Assembly: GCA_964016885.1 (NCBI GenBank)
Contig: OZ024745.1
Span: 42,036,001 to 42,100,000, forward strand
Length of the DNA stretch: 64,000 nt
Direction: 5' to 3'
Origin: Eledone cirrhosa
Lineage: Eukaryota
The notes beneath the pieces were generated by a model that was not told the DNA's origin, ran no database searches, and saw nothing but the letters and a program-made list of their open reading frames with translations. Positions 44,285 to 57,370 of the stretch are shown piece by piece. How positions within the stretch are numbered: position 1 is the first letter of the stretch; each line of letters starts with the position of its first letter. The position numbers were made by a program, and so were the translations under genes.

Positions 44285-46328
44285 GTCTGTCATCAATGAA
44301 GATTTCCTCAATCTCATTCCAGAAAGTCCTGTGAAAGTAGCTCTCGCAGAACCTCCGACGCTTGTGGAGGTTGCAGTGGCTATCTCGAAGCTGAACAGTG
44401 GAAGGTCTCCAGGTATGGATGGCATACATGCTGAGCTCCTACAATATGGTGGTGAGAGACTCCTGCAACATCTTCACTTTTTGTTTGGCAGGATATGGTC
44501 TAATGAATCCGTACCTGAGGACTGGAGAGATGCAGTAATGGTGGTCTTGTACAAGGGAAAGGGTAACAGGAATGATTGTGGGAACTACAGAGGTATATCA
44601 TTGCTTTCTGTCGTAGGGAAAGTTTTATGTAGGGTGCTTCTGGATCGTCTGCTGACACACATTGCAGATTGTGTTCTTCCTGAAAGTCAAGTTGGTTTTC
44701 GTGCTGGACGCGGCACTACTGATATGATCTTCTCAGCTAGACAACTCCAGGAGAAGTGCATGGAACATGGTTTGGATCTGTATCAGGTTTTTGTCGATCT
44801 GACAAAAGCTTTCGATACTGTTAACAGAAATGCATTATGGAAGGTTCTCCAGAAACTTGGTTGCCCTGATAAGTTCCTTGCTTTAGTTAGGTCTTTCCAT
44901 GACGACAAGAAGACTTGGGTTAATGTCAGAGGTAACATGTCGGAGCCTATCTCAGTAAAAAATGGAGTGAAACAGGGGGATATTCCAGCACCGACCCTGT
45001 TTGCCATATACTTTGCAATGGTTTTCTGTATTCAGGAATTGCGAGCATGGTGTTTACATCCGATATCGAACCTCAGGCAGCATATTTAACATCAGGCGCT
45101 TTGCTGCAAAGACAAAAGTATTTACATCAATCATAAGAGACCTCTTGTATGCAGATGATTGCGATCTTGTAGCGCACACAGAGAGTGATATGCAGCACAT
45201 TTTTAATGCATTTTCTGACGCTTGCACTGCCCTAGGATTGACTGTCAGTCTCAAGAAAACCGTCGTCATGTACCAACTTGCCCCTGGTAAGCAGTACAGT
45301 GAACCAAATATCTATGTGTATGGTAAACGACTTGGAGTGGTTGATCAGTTTGTCTACCTGGGAAGCACTGTCAATCGATACAGCAACCTTGATAGTGAAA
45401 TCTCACTTAGGATTAGGAAAGGAAGTGATGCTTTCGGAAGCTAGAAAGGCTACTCTGGGGTCGGCGAGACATATGCAAGAAGACAAAGGTAAAGGTGTAC
45501 AAGGCATGTGTGCTCTCTTCTCTTCTTTATGCCTGCGAGACCTGGGTCACATATCGACACCACCTTAAGCAATTGGAGCGTTTCCATCAGATGTGTCTCA
45601 GACGGATCCATGGCGTTCATTGGAGGGACCATATCAGTGATGTCGAGATTTTGGAAAGCTCTATGTGTGACAGTATAGAAGCTCTTGTGCTTAAGCAACG
45701 ACTCCGTTGGAGTGGTCACCTTGCCAGGACGAAGGGTTCTAGAATACCAAAACAACTCTTTTATGGAGAGTTAGTTAAAGGGAAACGACCACCACATAAA
45801 CCAAAAAAGAGGTATAAGGATTCCTTGAAAGCCTCTTTGAAAGACGCTAACATCTCTGCTGATACATGGGAAAATATTGCTGCTGATCGTAATAAATGGA
45901 GAAAGACTGTATATGAGGGAAAAGTTGCCTTTGAGGCATCTCGAATCGCATACGAGAAAATAAAGCGGGATGTGAGTTAGGGCATTGGTGTTGCACTTCC
46001 AGGCGGAAAGGGTCCTCCTATGGTGCTGACATGCAGCATCTGTGCGAGACTCTGCCTAAGCAAAGCTGGACTCGAAAGTCATCTTCGCAGTCATGAAGTA
46101 AGACCAGTGGTTGACTACCAGGCTGCTGTTGGAGATGCTACTCATCATGCTTGCCAAACATGTGGTAGAGAATGTAAATCAGCAGGAGGGCTCAAGCGAC
46201 ATGCAAAAGTACACGAACTCCAACCACAGCCGGCTATTCCCAGTGAATGTTTTGGTTGCCGACTCTGTGCAAGACATTTTAGATCATTGGCTGGGCTAAA
46301 AAGCCACATTCGATCGCAGCGCTGTTAG
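44285..46328 (+). pseudogene. Frameshifted RT-3xC2H2 coding remnant
   Basis: ORFs 44277-45089, 45001-45444, 45495-45980 and 46020-46328 are colinear pieces of one RTE protein. Confidence 0.93.
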
Positions 46329-46448
46329 TTGCTATCGTGTGTGTATGTGTATAGATATGTTTATGTGTGTGCGTGTGTGTATGTGTATATATATATGTAT
46401 ATTATTATTGTTGTTGTTGTCGTTATTATTATTGTTGTTATTATTATT

Positions 46449-47420
46449 TGGCACCTGGAATGTTGCCAGGCACTCACTGCCCTCTACCAAGCGGGCAATG
46501 CGATCAGTGGAACTTCCACTCTCGAGATTAGTGGGGAACAAGTGCGATGACGCACTCGGAGAAGCTTTGGGCCTCGACGAAGTCGAACTGACCAGTCTGT
46601 ACCGGAGGACTTTTGAGCCGGGGACGATGGACAATTTCCAGAAATCCCTCGCTTGGCAGTGCTACCGGGGGACTCTGCCTGTTCGGGATAAACTCTACAG
46701 ACACGGAAGTGCTGTCAGACGGACCTGCCCAAGATGCGCACAGAACGACGAAACCGTTCTGCACGCACTTGTCAATGTCCGTGCATTACTGACTTGTGGA
46801 GTTATGTCGAACAGCTACTGTCGCGTGTGGAACGAATCCGGCTATCGGCCGAGTCCATAGTGAAGATTGATCCACTGCCTTCCTTAGGTCAGGAAGAGCA
46901 GGAAATTTTCCTCTGCCTGGTGGCAGTTGCGAAAGAGGTTATATGGTGGACCAGGTTAAAAGGACTGAAGACAGACACTTTTCTCTTCGGCCAATCCCTC
47001 ATCAACTTCTTCAAGCTTCACCTGGAAAGGAAGGTGAGGGTGGAGAGAGAAGTGCTGCCTCCCATTACATTTGCTAAAAGGTGGATGAATGTGGCGAGAA
47101 TGGCTCGTGTGAATGGGCCTACTCTGACCATGCGCCTATAGGCTAGCTAACTTGAGGAGAGGGGTGCTCTCCCTGGGTGCCCTAGAAGCGCAGGGTGGTT
47201 CAGGATTGGTGGGGTTCCCGAGTCACCCCAGGGTCGTCCACCCCCTATCGGGGAATTTATTTTGTTATATTTATGCGTAGTTTATTTTATATTTTTATAT
47301 CTTCATTGTTAAATTAGTCTTGCCATTGTGCACTTTTACTCGATCTTATTGTAAACCCCCACTGTCCCTGTCTTTGTAGTCTCCCCTACATGTCGGCCCT
47401 TGTGGCTAATAAATGAAATC
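46449..47420 (+). mobile_element. 5'-truncated L1/Tx1-type LINE 3' end (zf-RVT region plus 3' UTR)
   Basis: SLAWQCYRGTLPVRDKL...CPRCAQNDETVLHALV, then after a frameshift QCPCITDLW...AKEVIWWTR; GC-rich UTR, AATAAA near 47408, (ATT)n tail. Confidence 0.88.
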
Positions 47421-48124
47421 ATTATTATTGTTATTAATATATATGTATATATGTATATATGTATATGTATGTATATATATATTTTTTTTCTCGTGCAATG
47501 GCCATACTCGATAACGAGGGGGCAGCCATCATGTATGTATGTATGTATGTATGTATGTATGTATGTATGTATGTATGTATGTATGTATGTATGCATGTAT
47601 GTAAGTATGTATGTATGCAATGTAATGTATGTACAGGACGTCCGCTAATGAAATAACGTTTTATCATATCACTTCACTTTATTTTCAAAGAAGCATTAAA
47701 ACCGTAATTTGGTTACATACCGTGCATTGAATAGGCTTAATGCTTCCTATTGACAACCGATAGAAAATAGGGTAACGTAGCGTTCATGCACTTCTATAAT
47801 ACAGAGAATGGATGAAGTGGGAATATTCAGGGATGCCTGTTGCCTCAAAACAATTAGTAAATGTGACGATAACATACTGACTGTCGTAAACAAAGAAAAT
47901 TAATTGACATTCCATCAATAGTGAAAAGAATCAACCATTATCTGAATGACTTACCCTGGTCAAGAAAGACAGAAAAAAAATAACCACAGAGTTTGCATTT
48001 ATTAAAATCTAGCATACAGTACTGAATTTTTTAATAATTTTATAACGCATCTCTTTGTTCATTCATAAAAACCTTCTTTATATTTGGCGAGTCATCTGAG
48101 ATCTAAATTGACGGTTAGACTATG

Positions 48125-48165
48125 CTTCACTGATGAAGTCTAATAAGACCAAAGCATGTCAAGAG
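48125..48165 (+). ncRNA. Degenerate minimal hammerhead-like motif
   Basis: CTGATGA-a-GTC taataa GAC-CAAA(for GAAA)-gcatg-TC; stem I weak. Confidence 0.3.
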
Positions 48166-48644
48166 TTGTCACTGTACTCAACAAATTGTTCTTTTTCACA
48201 ACTGGTGTAATGTAAACTTGATTAATTAAAATTTATTGACCCATGAGAAAAAAACACGTGAGTTGAATGAAATTGTTTGAAACGGTAATTGTAATGCAAA
48301 CACACACTTGATTGGTTAGGAGCTTATTTCTGTGGCTCTGACAATATTGAAGATTGAAGGCTTTCAGATATTGTAGTCTAGTATAAAAGATTGCATTGAG
48401 TAGTATCGCATTATATAATATACAAATTTTATAGTTTCAAATGATTTCAAAATCCTCATATATCCTATAAACGTTAGTTTCAGCTTCAAGACATCTGTAT
48501 TTCTATATTTTCCTTGGAATCTATATTGAGTTTGAATAGAGTAGAATAAAATCTATCGTTTTCATTTTAATTCTTCGGAAATTCGGGAGAAGTATTTTGT
48601 GTTTGAACCAAGTTGTTGTTTCTATTTTTGAGTATAACGCAATA

Positions 48645-48740
48645 ATGGCCAAGTGGACAAGAAGTTCGCTTCGCAAGCATTAGTTCTCGTGTTCGATCTC
48701 ACTGTGTGGCATCTTGGGCAAATGTCATTTACTACTATGT
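48645..48740 (+). mobile_element. SINE family B 5' head fragment
   Basis: tggccaagtggacaagaagttcgcttcgca...gtgttcgatctcact...cttgggcaaatgtc. Confidence 0.65.
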
Positions 48741-49332
48741 ATTAACCCCTGAGAGAAACTGGGTAAACTGATAATTCCGAGAAAAATAATTCATTTTAGG
48801 ACATATATAAGTATGCGCATTTTAATGAAGGTCAACAGAAACCCTTATTTTGATAGCATGGGTGCAACAATTATTGGTGAATCAACATTTCCGGACAAAC
48901 TAAACATTCTCAGTATATTTTTAAAGCAAATTATGCAAATCATTATATATATATTTGAGGTATTATTAAACCTGGGTAAGTTACCTGCTTCAGTTGCTAG
49001 TATAAAATAACACACTCAGAAACACAGACATACATGCACGTACACATACACACACTCTCACATATGCACGCACATGCACTCTCTCACACACACGTGCACG
49101 CTTATATATATATATATATACTATTTGTTCGAAATTAAACATAAAGTACTAATAAAGAAATATGAAACATTTAATAAAAAAGATTAAACTCGAACACAGT
49201 CGTGTTTTCAATATACCACATATGCTCACACACGCATGCTCACGAACACACACGCAAACATAAGTGTATATATAAATATATGATTGTATTTTGATAAACA
49301 TAATTATTTCCTCATATGTAATGAATGATACA

Positions 49333-49364
<32 letters not shown>

Positions 49365-50475
49365 CTTACACACACACGCACATTACATGTGTTTATATAT
49401 ATATATACTAGGAGAAAAGGAAAAAAGAAAAAGAGAGGGAGACCGAGAAGGACGCGGTGAAAAACATATGACATGTAAACGAAACCTCAAGTCGCGCATG
49501 CTGCCAGACTGACAAGTGTTAGAAGGAAGGTGTAGTTTACTATGTCCCACATAAATGTTGGCAGACATCCTGGCGGCTAGAAGAAAAAAGAGGAAAATAG
49601 AAAGTTGCCTGGTCGTAAGTAAATCTAACTTGACTTTTTTATAATCCTCCTTTTAAGCCGCTACTTGGAAAAGTTACGCTTCATATAACATTGACTTTCT
49701 ACGTTGTTTCTTACCAACGCTGAAACCACTTCTTATACACACTAAGACGTGAACCGTCTGATTTTTAAAAAAAAACTTACACACTTGAACGTCGCTCACA
49801 CTGCCATGTGCACTTTGTTTGTAGAGAAACATACACATGCACACATATTCACGCATACAAATATATGCAAATTGTCGTCCCATACGGATACAAACAAGCA
49901 AACGAGGCTGTGAAGTAAAGTTACCTTTATGCGTAGTCTTCAGAGCTTCTTGATATAGCAGGCATATATCCATCAAAACTTACAATTCTCGGTAAAAATG
50001 GAAGGTCGTGGAAGGTCGATTAATATTTAAGTCCAAGGTATGCTATGTCTGGAAAATAAAAAAACAAATAAAAATAAACAGGACAGTTAGAGCTGGGAAG
50101 CCTTTGATGACCGGAGACAACAACAATAACAGACATAACTACAAATACCGGAAAATATAACAAATCAGCTGGTGAGCCTCTATGCGGTCGCAGGAGCTAC
50201 AAAAAATGATAGTCATAACTTTCTCAAATCCCATCATACTGTCTTAACAAATATCAAAAACATTCTGTCGGAATAAAATACGGGATGGTCGCGGCTGGAA
50301 CGATCTATGACTGAACAACAACAACAAAACTTACAAATATCACATACGCTTGTAAACAATTGCGTAGGTAGCTTTCCAAATATGCTATTTGTGTATACCT
50401 GTGCAGGTATGCTGTTTGCTTAGACATACTCATTATTTACCATTATTCTATAATTTCTTGCATTCACACCTATAC

Positions 50476-50650
50476 TGTTCCTAATTTAGGCACATGACCA
50501 GCAATTTTGAAGGGAAAAATCAATTATAACGACCTCAGTATGTGACTGGTACGAAATTTTATTGACCCTGGAAAGTTGAAAAGCATTCGATTTCAAAATC
50601 TAAGGTGCTGGCATTTTGTCCGACGCTCTAAGTATTCTACCAATCAACCG
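50476..50650 (-). mobile_element. SINE family A, decayed
   Basis: ttaggcacatgaccagcaattttg...gtgactggtac...ttattgaccc...tccgacgctcta...ttctaccaatc. Confidence 0.7.
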
Positions 50651-51401
50651 ATTCAGAGATAGATTAATAATTTATCAATATAATCATATATTAGTGCACC
50701 AAGTTAAGAAGGAACTAATGAGGTTTTTTATTCCATTCAAATTGAAAATTATGTTAAGATGTAACCCCGAATATTATCCGTCGTTGTATTATTAAGCAAC
50801 CAGTATCAAATACATGAGTATATCTTTGAAAGTGACTTGTAAATCCCCGGCCACTTCATTTGTCATCACAACAGTACTTACGAAGATTCTACATACTCGT
50901 TCAACAGGCTAGAAATAGCAGCTTAATCTCCAAATAACACCCTAACACCTATTGGGAAAAGGACAGAACAGGCTGGTAGAGTATGTGCGGATAAAAAGAC
51001 ATAATTGTCACGGGAAAATGTTTAATAGTAATGTCTCATCTGAGTTATCGTGGAGTTAAACAACAACACAAACAAGACTATCAGAATTTATCGATGCTCC
51101 CATGACAGTGTTATGGTAGTAGCTACTCACTACAAGCACACATACACACAAACACACACAAACGCACACATACACACAAACACACATAAACGCACACAAT
51201 CACACACAACCACACGCACACAAACACACATATGCACACACCATATCTCGTCTGTATCTCTATAAGTGTATGTGCCGTGTATATATTTCAGATAAGTAGC
51301 ATATTTTATATGGATTCGTATACGCATATGTTTCAAATTGAACCCCTTCTCTGACATAGATGATCAAACACACACAAACACACCCTCCCTCACACACACA
51401 T

Positions 51402-51456
<55 letters not shown>

Positions 51457-51924
51457 CATACATACAAACATACATACATACAAACTTACGTACCTACATA
51501 CATACATACATACATACATACATACATACATACATACATACATACATACTTACACACAATAAATTCTTCTATAATTCATATTACTGATGTTATCTAAAAG
51601 AATCAGTGAGTAGTAGGGATGTTAGTATGGAGAGCTAACAAATATTTTGATTCTTTCCATGTTTATTTATTTCATCTTCATAAAAGTACTTTCATAATCT
51701 TAATTAGAAATGTGTATGTAGAACGGTCAAGGTCTCGTGAACATCCGATTTCCAAAGGACTCTTTTCTTATGTCATACGTTAATAAAGCTGATGGTAACT
51801 CGGGTTCACTTTACGTCATTACATTATCCAGATAATTGACAGTTAAGTATGACCCCTAGCAAAAACAGGAAAGCACCCCCACCCACCCCCACACACACAC
51901 ACACACACAAAAAATACGAGGTCA

Positions 51925-51992
51925 ATTACGCTTTGAAGGAAATGAAAAGAAGAAACGTTAAAGTTTCGGATAGCCGTCCTTCACCAAGACAG
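51925..51992 (-). mobile_element. Penelope-like family B relic (third copy), degenerate hammerhead
   Basis: Minus strand TTGGTGA-aGGAcggctaTCC-GAAAC-ttta...aagcgtaa; adjacent to (CA)n. Confidence 0.4.
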
Positions 51993-52172
51993 AAATATGG
52001 AGGAGAAAAGTTATAAAATGGAGAGGAAAATGACATGATATTGTGTCACAGATATATGTATCGACCTGTATCTCCCGGGGGGGAGGGGGGAGTCCTGAGT
52101 TCTAATCAATACGGTACACATGCAACCGCTTGTGTAACATTGTCTGTTTTAATTAGAATTTACACAGGCACT

Positions 52173-52320
52173 GCTATCTGGGTATGAAGTTCACTTCGCA
52201 GTCAAGTGATTTGGGGTTCGATCCCGCTACGCAACATATTAAACAAGTGTAAGCCACAATAGCCTCAGTTCGATCAAAGATTTGTGAAAGAAACTTGGGA
52301 AACAGAAACTATATGGGAGT
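52173..52320 (+). mobile_element. SINE family B 5' part, decayed
   Basis: gaagttcacttcgca...ggggttcgatcccgct...acaagtgt...cagaaact. Confidence 0.55.
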
Positions 52321-52976
52321 CCGATCTTTTTGACGAGTGGTAAATTTAATACATACTCCAATTAAAACAGCATCACTTGGCGCTTGGGTGTCTTTAATGG
52401 AGTCCTCTCTGTTGCAGATATTCGGGTCAAGTTTTCGTTTGAGGATAACTTCCTCCATTCCCTTCATTAGTCTAGAAACTCTGTGAAGTGTTTATAGGTG
52501 CTACAGGAAGAAAGATAGCAAGAAACGTTAAGAAATTAGATAATAAAGTATTTTGGCTGAGATTAAGTCGAAAGTCATATTGTAGCAAGTATTGTATATG
52601 TGTCATATTAATCATATGAATTAAAGGTTTGTCTTACGACTGGCTTAAACAATAGGAAACATTACAATGAGACAGAGTAATGTGAAATAAATGTAAACGT
52701 TTGTCCAGAAGGAATTGGACAGACATCGTACCTCAGAACATTTCACATCTGAAAAAGCAAGAAATTAACAGTAAGAAGTTGATAGGAATTGAAGGTAAGA
52801 GGAGAAGTACAAGAAATGGCGGAAGGAGAGACATGGTGGATTTAGGCAAAGAAGAGGACAAAAAGAGAGATGAATAGAAGGAAGAGGAGAAAGAGAGATC
52901 AAAGCTAGGAGAGATGAGTCACAGAGTGGTAAGAACAGCTAAATTGTAAGCTTGTATATGGGTCGTGTTGATGATG

Positions 52977-53049
52977 TAAACAAAGTGAGGAGACAGACTT
53001 TCGGGGGTTTAAACAAAGTTAGGAGACAGATATTCGGAGGTTTAAACAA
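52977..53049. repeat. 33-bp tandem duplication
   Basis: aaacaaagtgaggagacagactttcgggggttt followed by aaacaaagttaggagacagatattcggaggttt. Confidence 0.9.
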
Positions 53050-54011
53050 CAAGATCACTCGATACGGGAAGAATGGAAAGCAATGTCGACTTCGACGGGA
53101 TTTGAACATAGAGCTGTAATTAAAATACCCTATGACATCTTGTTGGATGCTCTAATGATTCTGTCAATTTGCCACCCTAAGTTCCTTAATAATAAAATGT
53201 ATACTTCGAATCAAATAAGAAACAAAATGATGATCAATATAATAAATACAAATCAGAAATATATATAAATGAATATATTTAAAAACGTAGTTGATCTCAA
53301 AAGGAAAGAAAAAACTCGAAGAGAAATACGGGAAACATAAAGATAGAAAACGAACTGTAGAGAAGGGAATCAATAGGAAATGAACGTGTCAGTTTAAAAT
53401 TTGTACAAAATACTAACAACTTAGGACAGTTTCTTTCCGCGATTTCTTTAAGGGTCGAAGCATTTCAACGAAAATTCTTGTCCGACACTATTGTCAATTC
53501 TGAGACGTATCAGATCGAGGCTTTCCAAGTCAAAACCAGAGTTGTCTTCAATCATGAGGTTGATTATTGTTTTCAGCTTGTCTCTGTCGAGAGACATCGA
53601 AACGTTTCCTCAAGACGCCAATTTGCTGCCATTGTTCGAACGAGAAATGAGCTCGAAGATAAACAGTGTATTTGTATTGTATTATTAAGTAGACTATGGA
53701 AAAGTTTTGGACACAGATATTTTTGTCACTGTTATGCTTGCTGTTAATGGTGATTTGTATTTTATTTTCAAGTGCAAGTTTGCACTTGGAAAGAAAAAAA
53801 AACCTAAAGTTTTATGTCGACTGGCGAACGAACCACTTCTTGAATATAAATATATTTACAAACACCTGAATCTTCCTCTGGTTCGCTTCCTTTCTCTTTC
53901 TATCAGATTGACTCTCTCCTCATACACACAAACACACACTCACATATATTATATATGTGTGTGTGTGTACATTATACATATACATTATATATACATGTAT
54001 TATATACATAC

Positions 54012-54065
<54 letters not shown>

Positions 54066-54271
54066 TATAGATATGTGTGTGTACGTGTATGTGTGTGTGT
54101 GTGTGTAAAATTCCTATCCCATTTCAGCTTAATCACGTCCGGGTCACTATTTTTGTAAAAAATAAACGTTGTAAATAAACAGGAATATCAAATATGTCTA
54201 TAAGTCATATCGTTCGCGCATTACAAAAGTATTTCACCTTCGTATACATTGATATACACATTGATATAAAC

Positions 54272-54535
54272 GGGCACTTCGTCGGTTACGACGACGAATG
54301 TTCCAGTTGGTTCGAATAACGGAACAGCCTGCTCATGAAATTAACATGCAAGTGGCTGAGCATTCCACAGATATAGTTCTCAGGGAAATCCAGTGTGACA
54401 CAGAATGTGACAAGGCTGGCCCTTTGAATTACAGACACAACTAATTATTGGCAGCTGAGTGATTTGGAGCAACGTGAAATGTGTCTTTCTCAAGGTCTCA
54501 ACGTGCTACTGGGAATCAAATCAACGTACAATCTT
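54272..54535 (-). mobile_element. SINE with CORE-like centre and family B 3' domain
   Basis: cagctgagtgatttggagcaacgtgaaatgtgtctttctcaagg is the reverse complement of the block at 17870-17921; it is joined to the aattaacatgcaagtggctgagcattccacag tail. Confidence 0.75.
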
Positions 54536-54550
54536 AGATTTAGATTCTCC

Positions 54551-54610
<60 letters not shown>

Positions 54611-54711
54611 TCTTTCTTTCCATACATTCCATCCTATTTCGTTCCTTCTACTTCTTCCTTTAATCGTTTTTTTTTTTTTTTCATTTTACTCTCCATGCAA
54701 TGGTCTACGAT

Positions 54712-54895
54712 TTGGCAGTATCGGTAGAGGGTCGGGCGCCATGTTTTGAAGCATAGAGTTACCTCCCTTTATGATCTGAGTTCAAATCCCGCCGAGGTTA
54801 ACTTTGCCTTTCATCCTTTCGGGGGTCGATAAAATAAAGTACCAGTAATACACTGCGATAATTGCTGGCCTTGTGCCAAAAGTAGAAACAATTAT
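54712..54895 (+). mobile_element. SINE family A, near full length
   Basis: High identity to 5505-5688. Confidence 0.9.
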
Positions 54896-56007
54896 ATCCT
54901 TTAATTAAGCGGATTAATCGTTTATTCTTAATCGCTTGTTATCAATCGGTTGCTATTATTCGCTGCATTTTTCAAAAGATACACCCTTTATCTCAACCGT
55001 TACCACAACTAACACCAATATCAATCAACGCCACCACCTTTATTATAACCACTACAACGTTACCGTTATCCCCACCCCTGACAACAACATCACCACAACC
55101 AAGTCCGTCAAGCATTACAAGCTTTAAAAGAAAAGAAAATTAGAACAAAGATCAACACGCCGACCAATTTATTGCTCTGATGATTTTATTACAGGAAAGA
55201 ATCTAATGTGAAATTAAGTCCGTTGCATGTCTTCATAAAACACCGGTCGTTTCTTTGAGGACGACTCTTGCTATGCTCTATGTTTAAACGATCATTCTAA
55301 TCAGCTGTGCTGATAATTTTTTTTTAAAATGAAATAAAACCTTGAAGAATGTTCTGCTACGAAGGAATCTTTTTTACATTATGTTTTTATAGTATTTTTT
55401 CCTCTTAATACTGTCTTCCTCATTGTCTTAATTATTTAGTTATTTCATTTACATAAATGGAAAACCACTAAGCGCATTCTTTCAGTTGATTTCGTTGATG
55501 GGTTTTGTTGTTATTTATTATTTTCTCTAAGAATCAAGTTGCTACTTCTGTTAATGCTATTGTTGCTTCAGAGAACCATTGTATTTTTTTTTTTTAATTA
55601 TAACCGCTGTCTTGTTTTTTTATTATTTTCTTATAAATATTGTTGTTATTGTGATTTTTCTTCACTAAATGGTATATTCACTGAAGCACTTAATTGACAA
55701 TATTTCTACAAATTTATATTTTTTGTTTGGTTTTGCCGCGGTAGTTTATTTTAAAACAGTGTCAATTAATTATCATTATTAAGTGATAATTCGTATAGCA
55801 TTATTCTTAGTTACCGTCTTCTTACCCAACTCCAGACAAACTTCAAATGGTATATGGATGAGTTACGAAAGCAATAGATTGACTGGCGTGTTTACCATCA
55901 GTTTTATTTAGAGCTAAGCTATTTAGAAGATGGTATAGTTTGGAAAACTGTAAAGGTATTATTCCTCTATCTCTTTGTTTTTTATCTCTGTTATTAAGTC
56001 TCTCTAA

Positions 56008-56208
56008 GGCGGGAGATTGGTAGAAACCTAAAGCGTCAGACAAATTGCTTTGCTATGTTTGTTCCGACTCTCTATGTTCTAAGTTCCAATCCCGCCAATG
56101 TCAACTTAGCCTTTTATCTATAATAAAATAAAATAAAGTGGCAATCAAATACCGAAATATTTGATATAATCAATTTTTCTGGCCTTGTGCCTATATTAGA
56201 AACAATTA
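56008..56208 (+). mobile_element. SINE family A, older copy
   Basis: ggcgggagattggtagaa...aagttccaatcccgcc...ctggccttgtgcctatattagaaacaatta. Confidence 0.75.
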
Positions 56209-56412
56209 TTAACTCTTCCTTTCTCTCAGTCGCTATATTTCTAATTAACTCTCTCACACACACACTCTCTTTCTCTCTCTTTCTCTGGCACATATTTTCC
56301 TCTTTTATCATGATATACACAATAAAAAAACTACGTCCAGACAATGAATTTATACTTGAAATGTTATATGGAAGATACGCAAATCTATATTTAACAGATC
56401 TTAATAATAATT

Positions 56413-56603
56413 GTTTCTACTTTTTTGGCAATTACCAGCAATTACCCCCAGTGCACTACTGGTGCTTTATTTCATCGATCTTGTAAGAACGAAAGGCAAA
56501 GTTAACCTTGGCGGGATTTTAAATCAGAACGTAAAAGGCCATAACTCTGTTCTGCAAAGCATGGTGTCTGACGCTCTACCGATACTGCCAATCCTCCTCC
56601 CTT
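56413..56603 (-). mobile_element. SINE family A, full length
   Basis: Reverse complement of the family A body; flanked by taataataatt repeats (probable TSD). Confidence 0.85.
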
Positions 56604-56687
56604 ACTAATAATAATTAAGGTCTTAAAAAATAATTTCTTGAATTTAACCACGTAACTATGTCTTGATTTTATTATATTGATATGTAT

Positions 56688-57038
56688 TTAGGCTCAAGGT
56701 CAGTAAATTTGATGGAAATGCAATGTTGACTGGTATTTTATTTTGTTAAGGACCTTAAAAAGATGAAAGACAAAGTTGTCTTCGACAGGACTTGAACTCA
56801 GAATGTAAAGAGCCATAACAAATAATTGTTTCTACTTTAGGCACAAGGCCAGCAATTACCCAGTGCATTACATAACAAATAATGCAATAGTATTTTATCC
56901 GACGTACTACCTATTCTGCCAATCCACAACCCTAAAAAGTTGACAACGGTGGGATTAGAACTCAGAATTTTAAGAGCCAGAACAAACACCGCAATGACAT
57001 TTTATCCGACAACTAGCTATTCTGACAATATACAGCCC
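56688..57038 (-). mobile_element. Older family A SINE copies with a nested 44-bp young SINE tail
   Basis: Insert 56827-56870 flanked by the 13-bp TSD cataacaaataat (56814-56826 and 56871-56883); a second head fragment lies at about 56941-57038. Confidence 0.8.
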
Positions 57039-57292
57039 TTTCTTCTTTCTTGATTTTATATTAAGAAGGGAATATGTGTATATGTGGAATTAAGAAAAGA
57101 AGATAAACTGGGCTAATATTTTGTTCATTCTGCTCTACTTTCTAAGTGATAAAAATATGGCCTCTTCGATATACATAAGAGGTGAATCATATTCTGAACT
57201 AAGGCTTGTACGAGCAGAGGTTAATAAAGAACTTCCACCAAGTTGAAACTTCCAAGTCCTATTATATATACATATATGCATAATATATACAT

Positions 57293-57367
<75 letters not shown>

Positions 57368-57370
57368 AAC

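Larger units (their letters stand above)
44285..47531 (+). mobile_element. 5'-truncated RTE-clade LINE (second subfamily), interrupted in its 3' UTR
   Basis: RT motifs GRSPGMDGI, NYRGISLLS, FVDLTKAFD, GVKQGD, LLYADD, RIPKQLFYGEL and three C2H2 fingers. The 3' tail tggccatactcgataacgagggggcagccatc (47499-47530) matches the tail of the first RTE. Confidence 0.93.
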
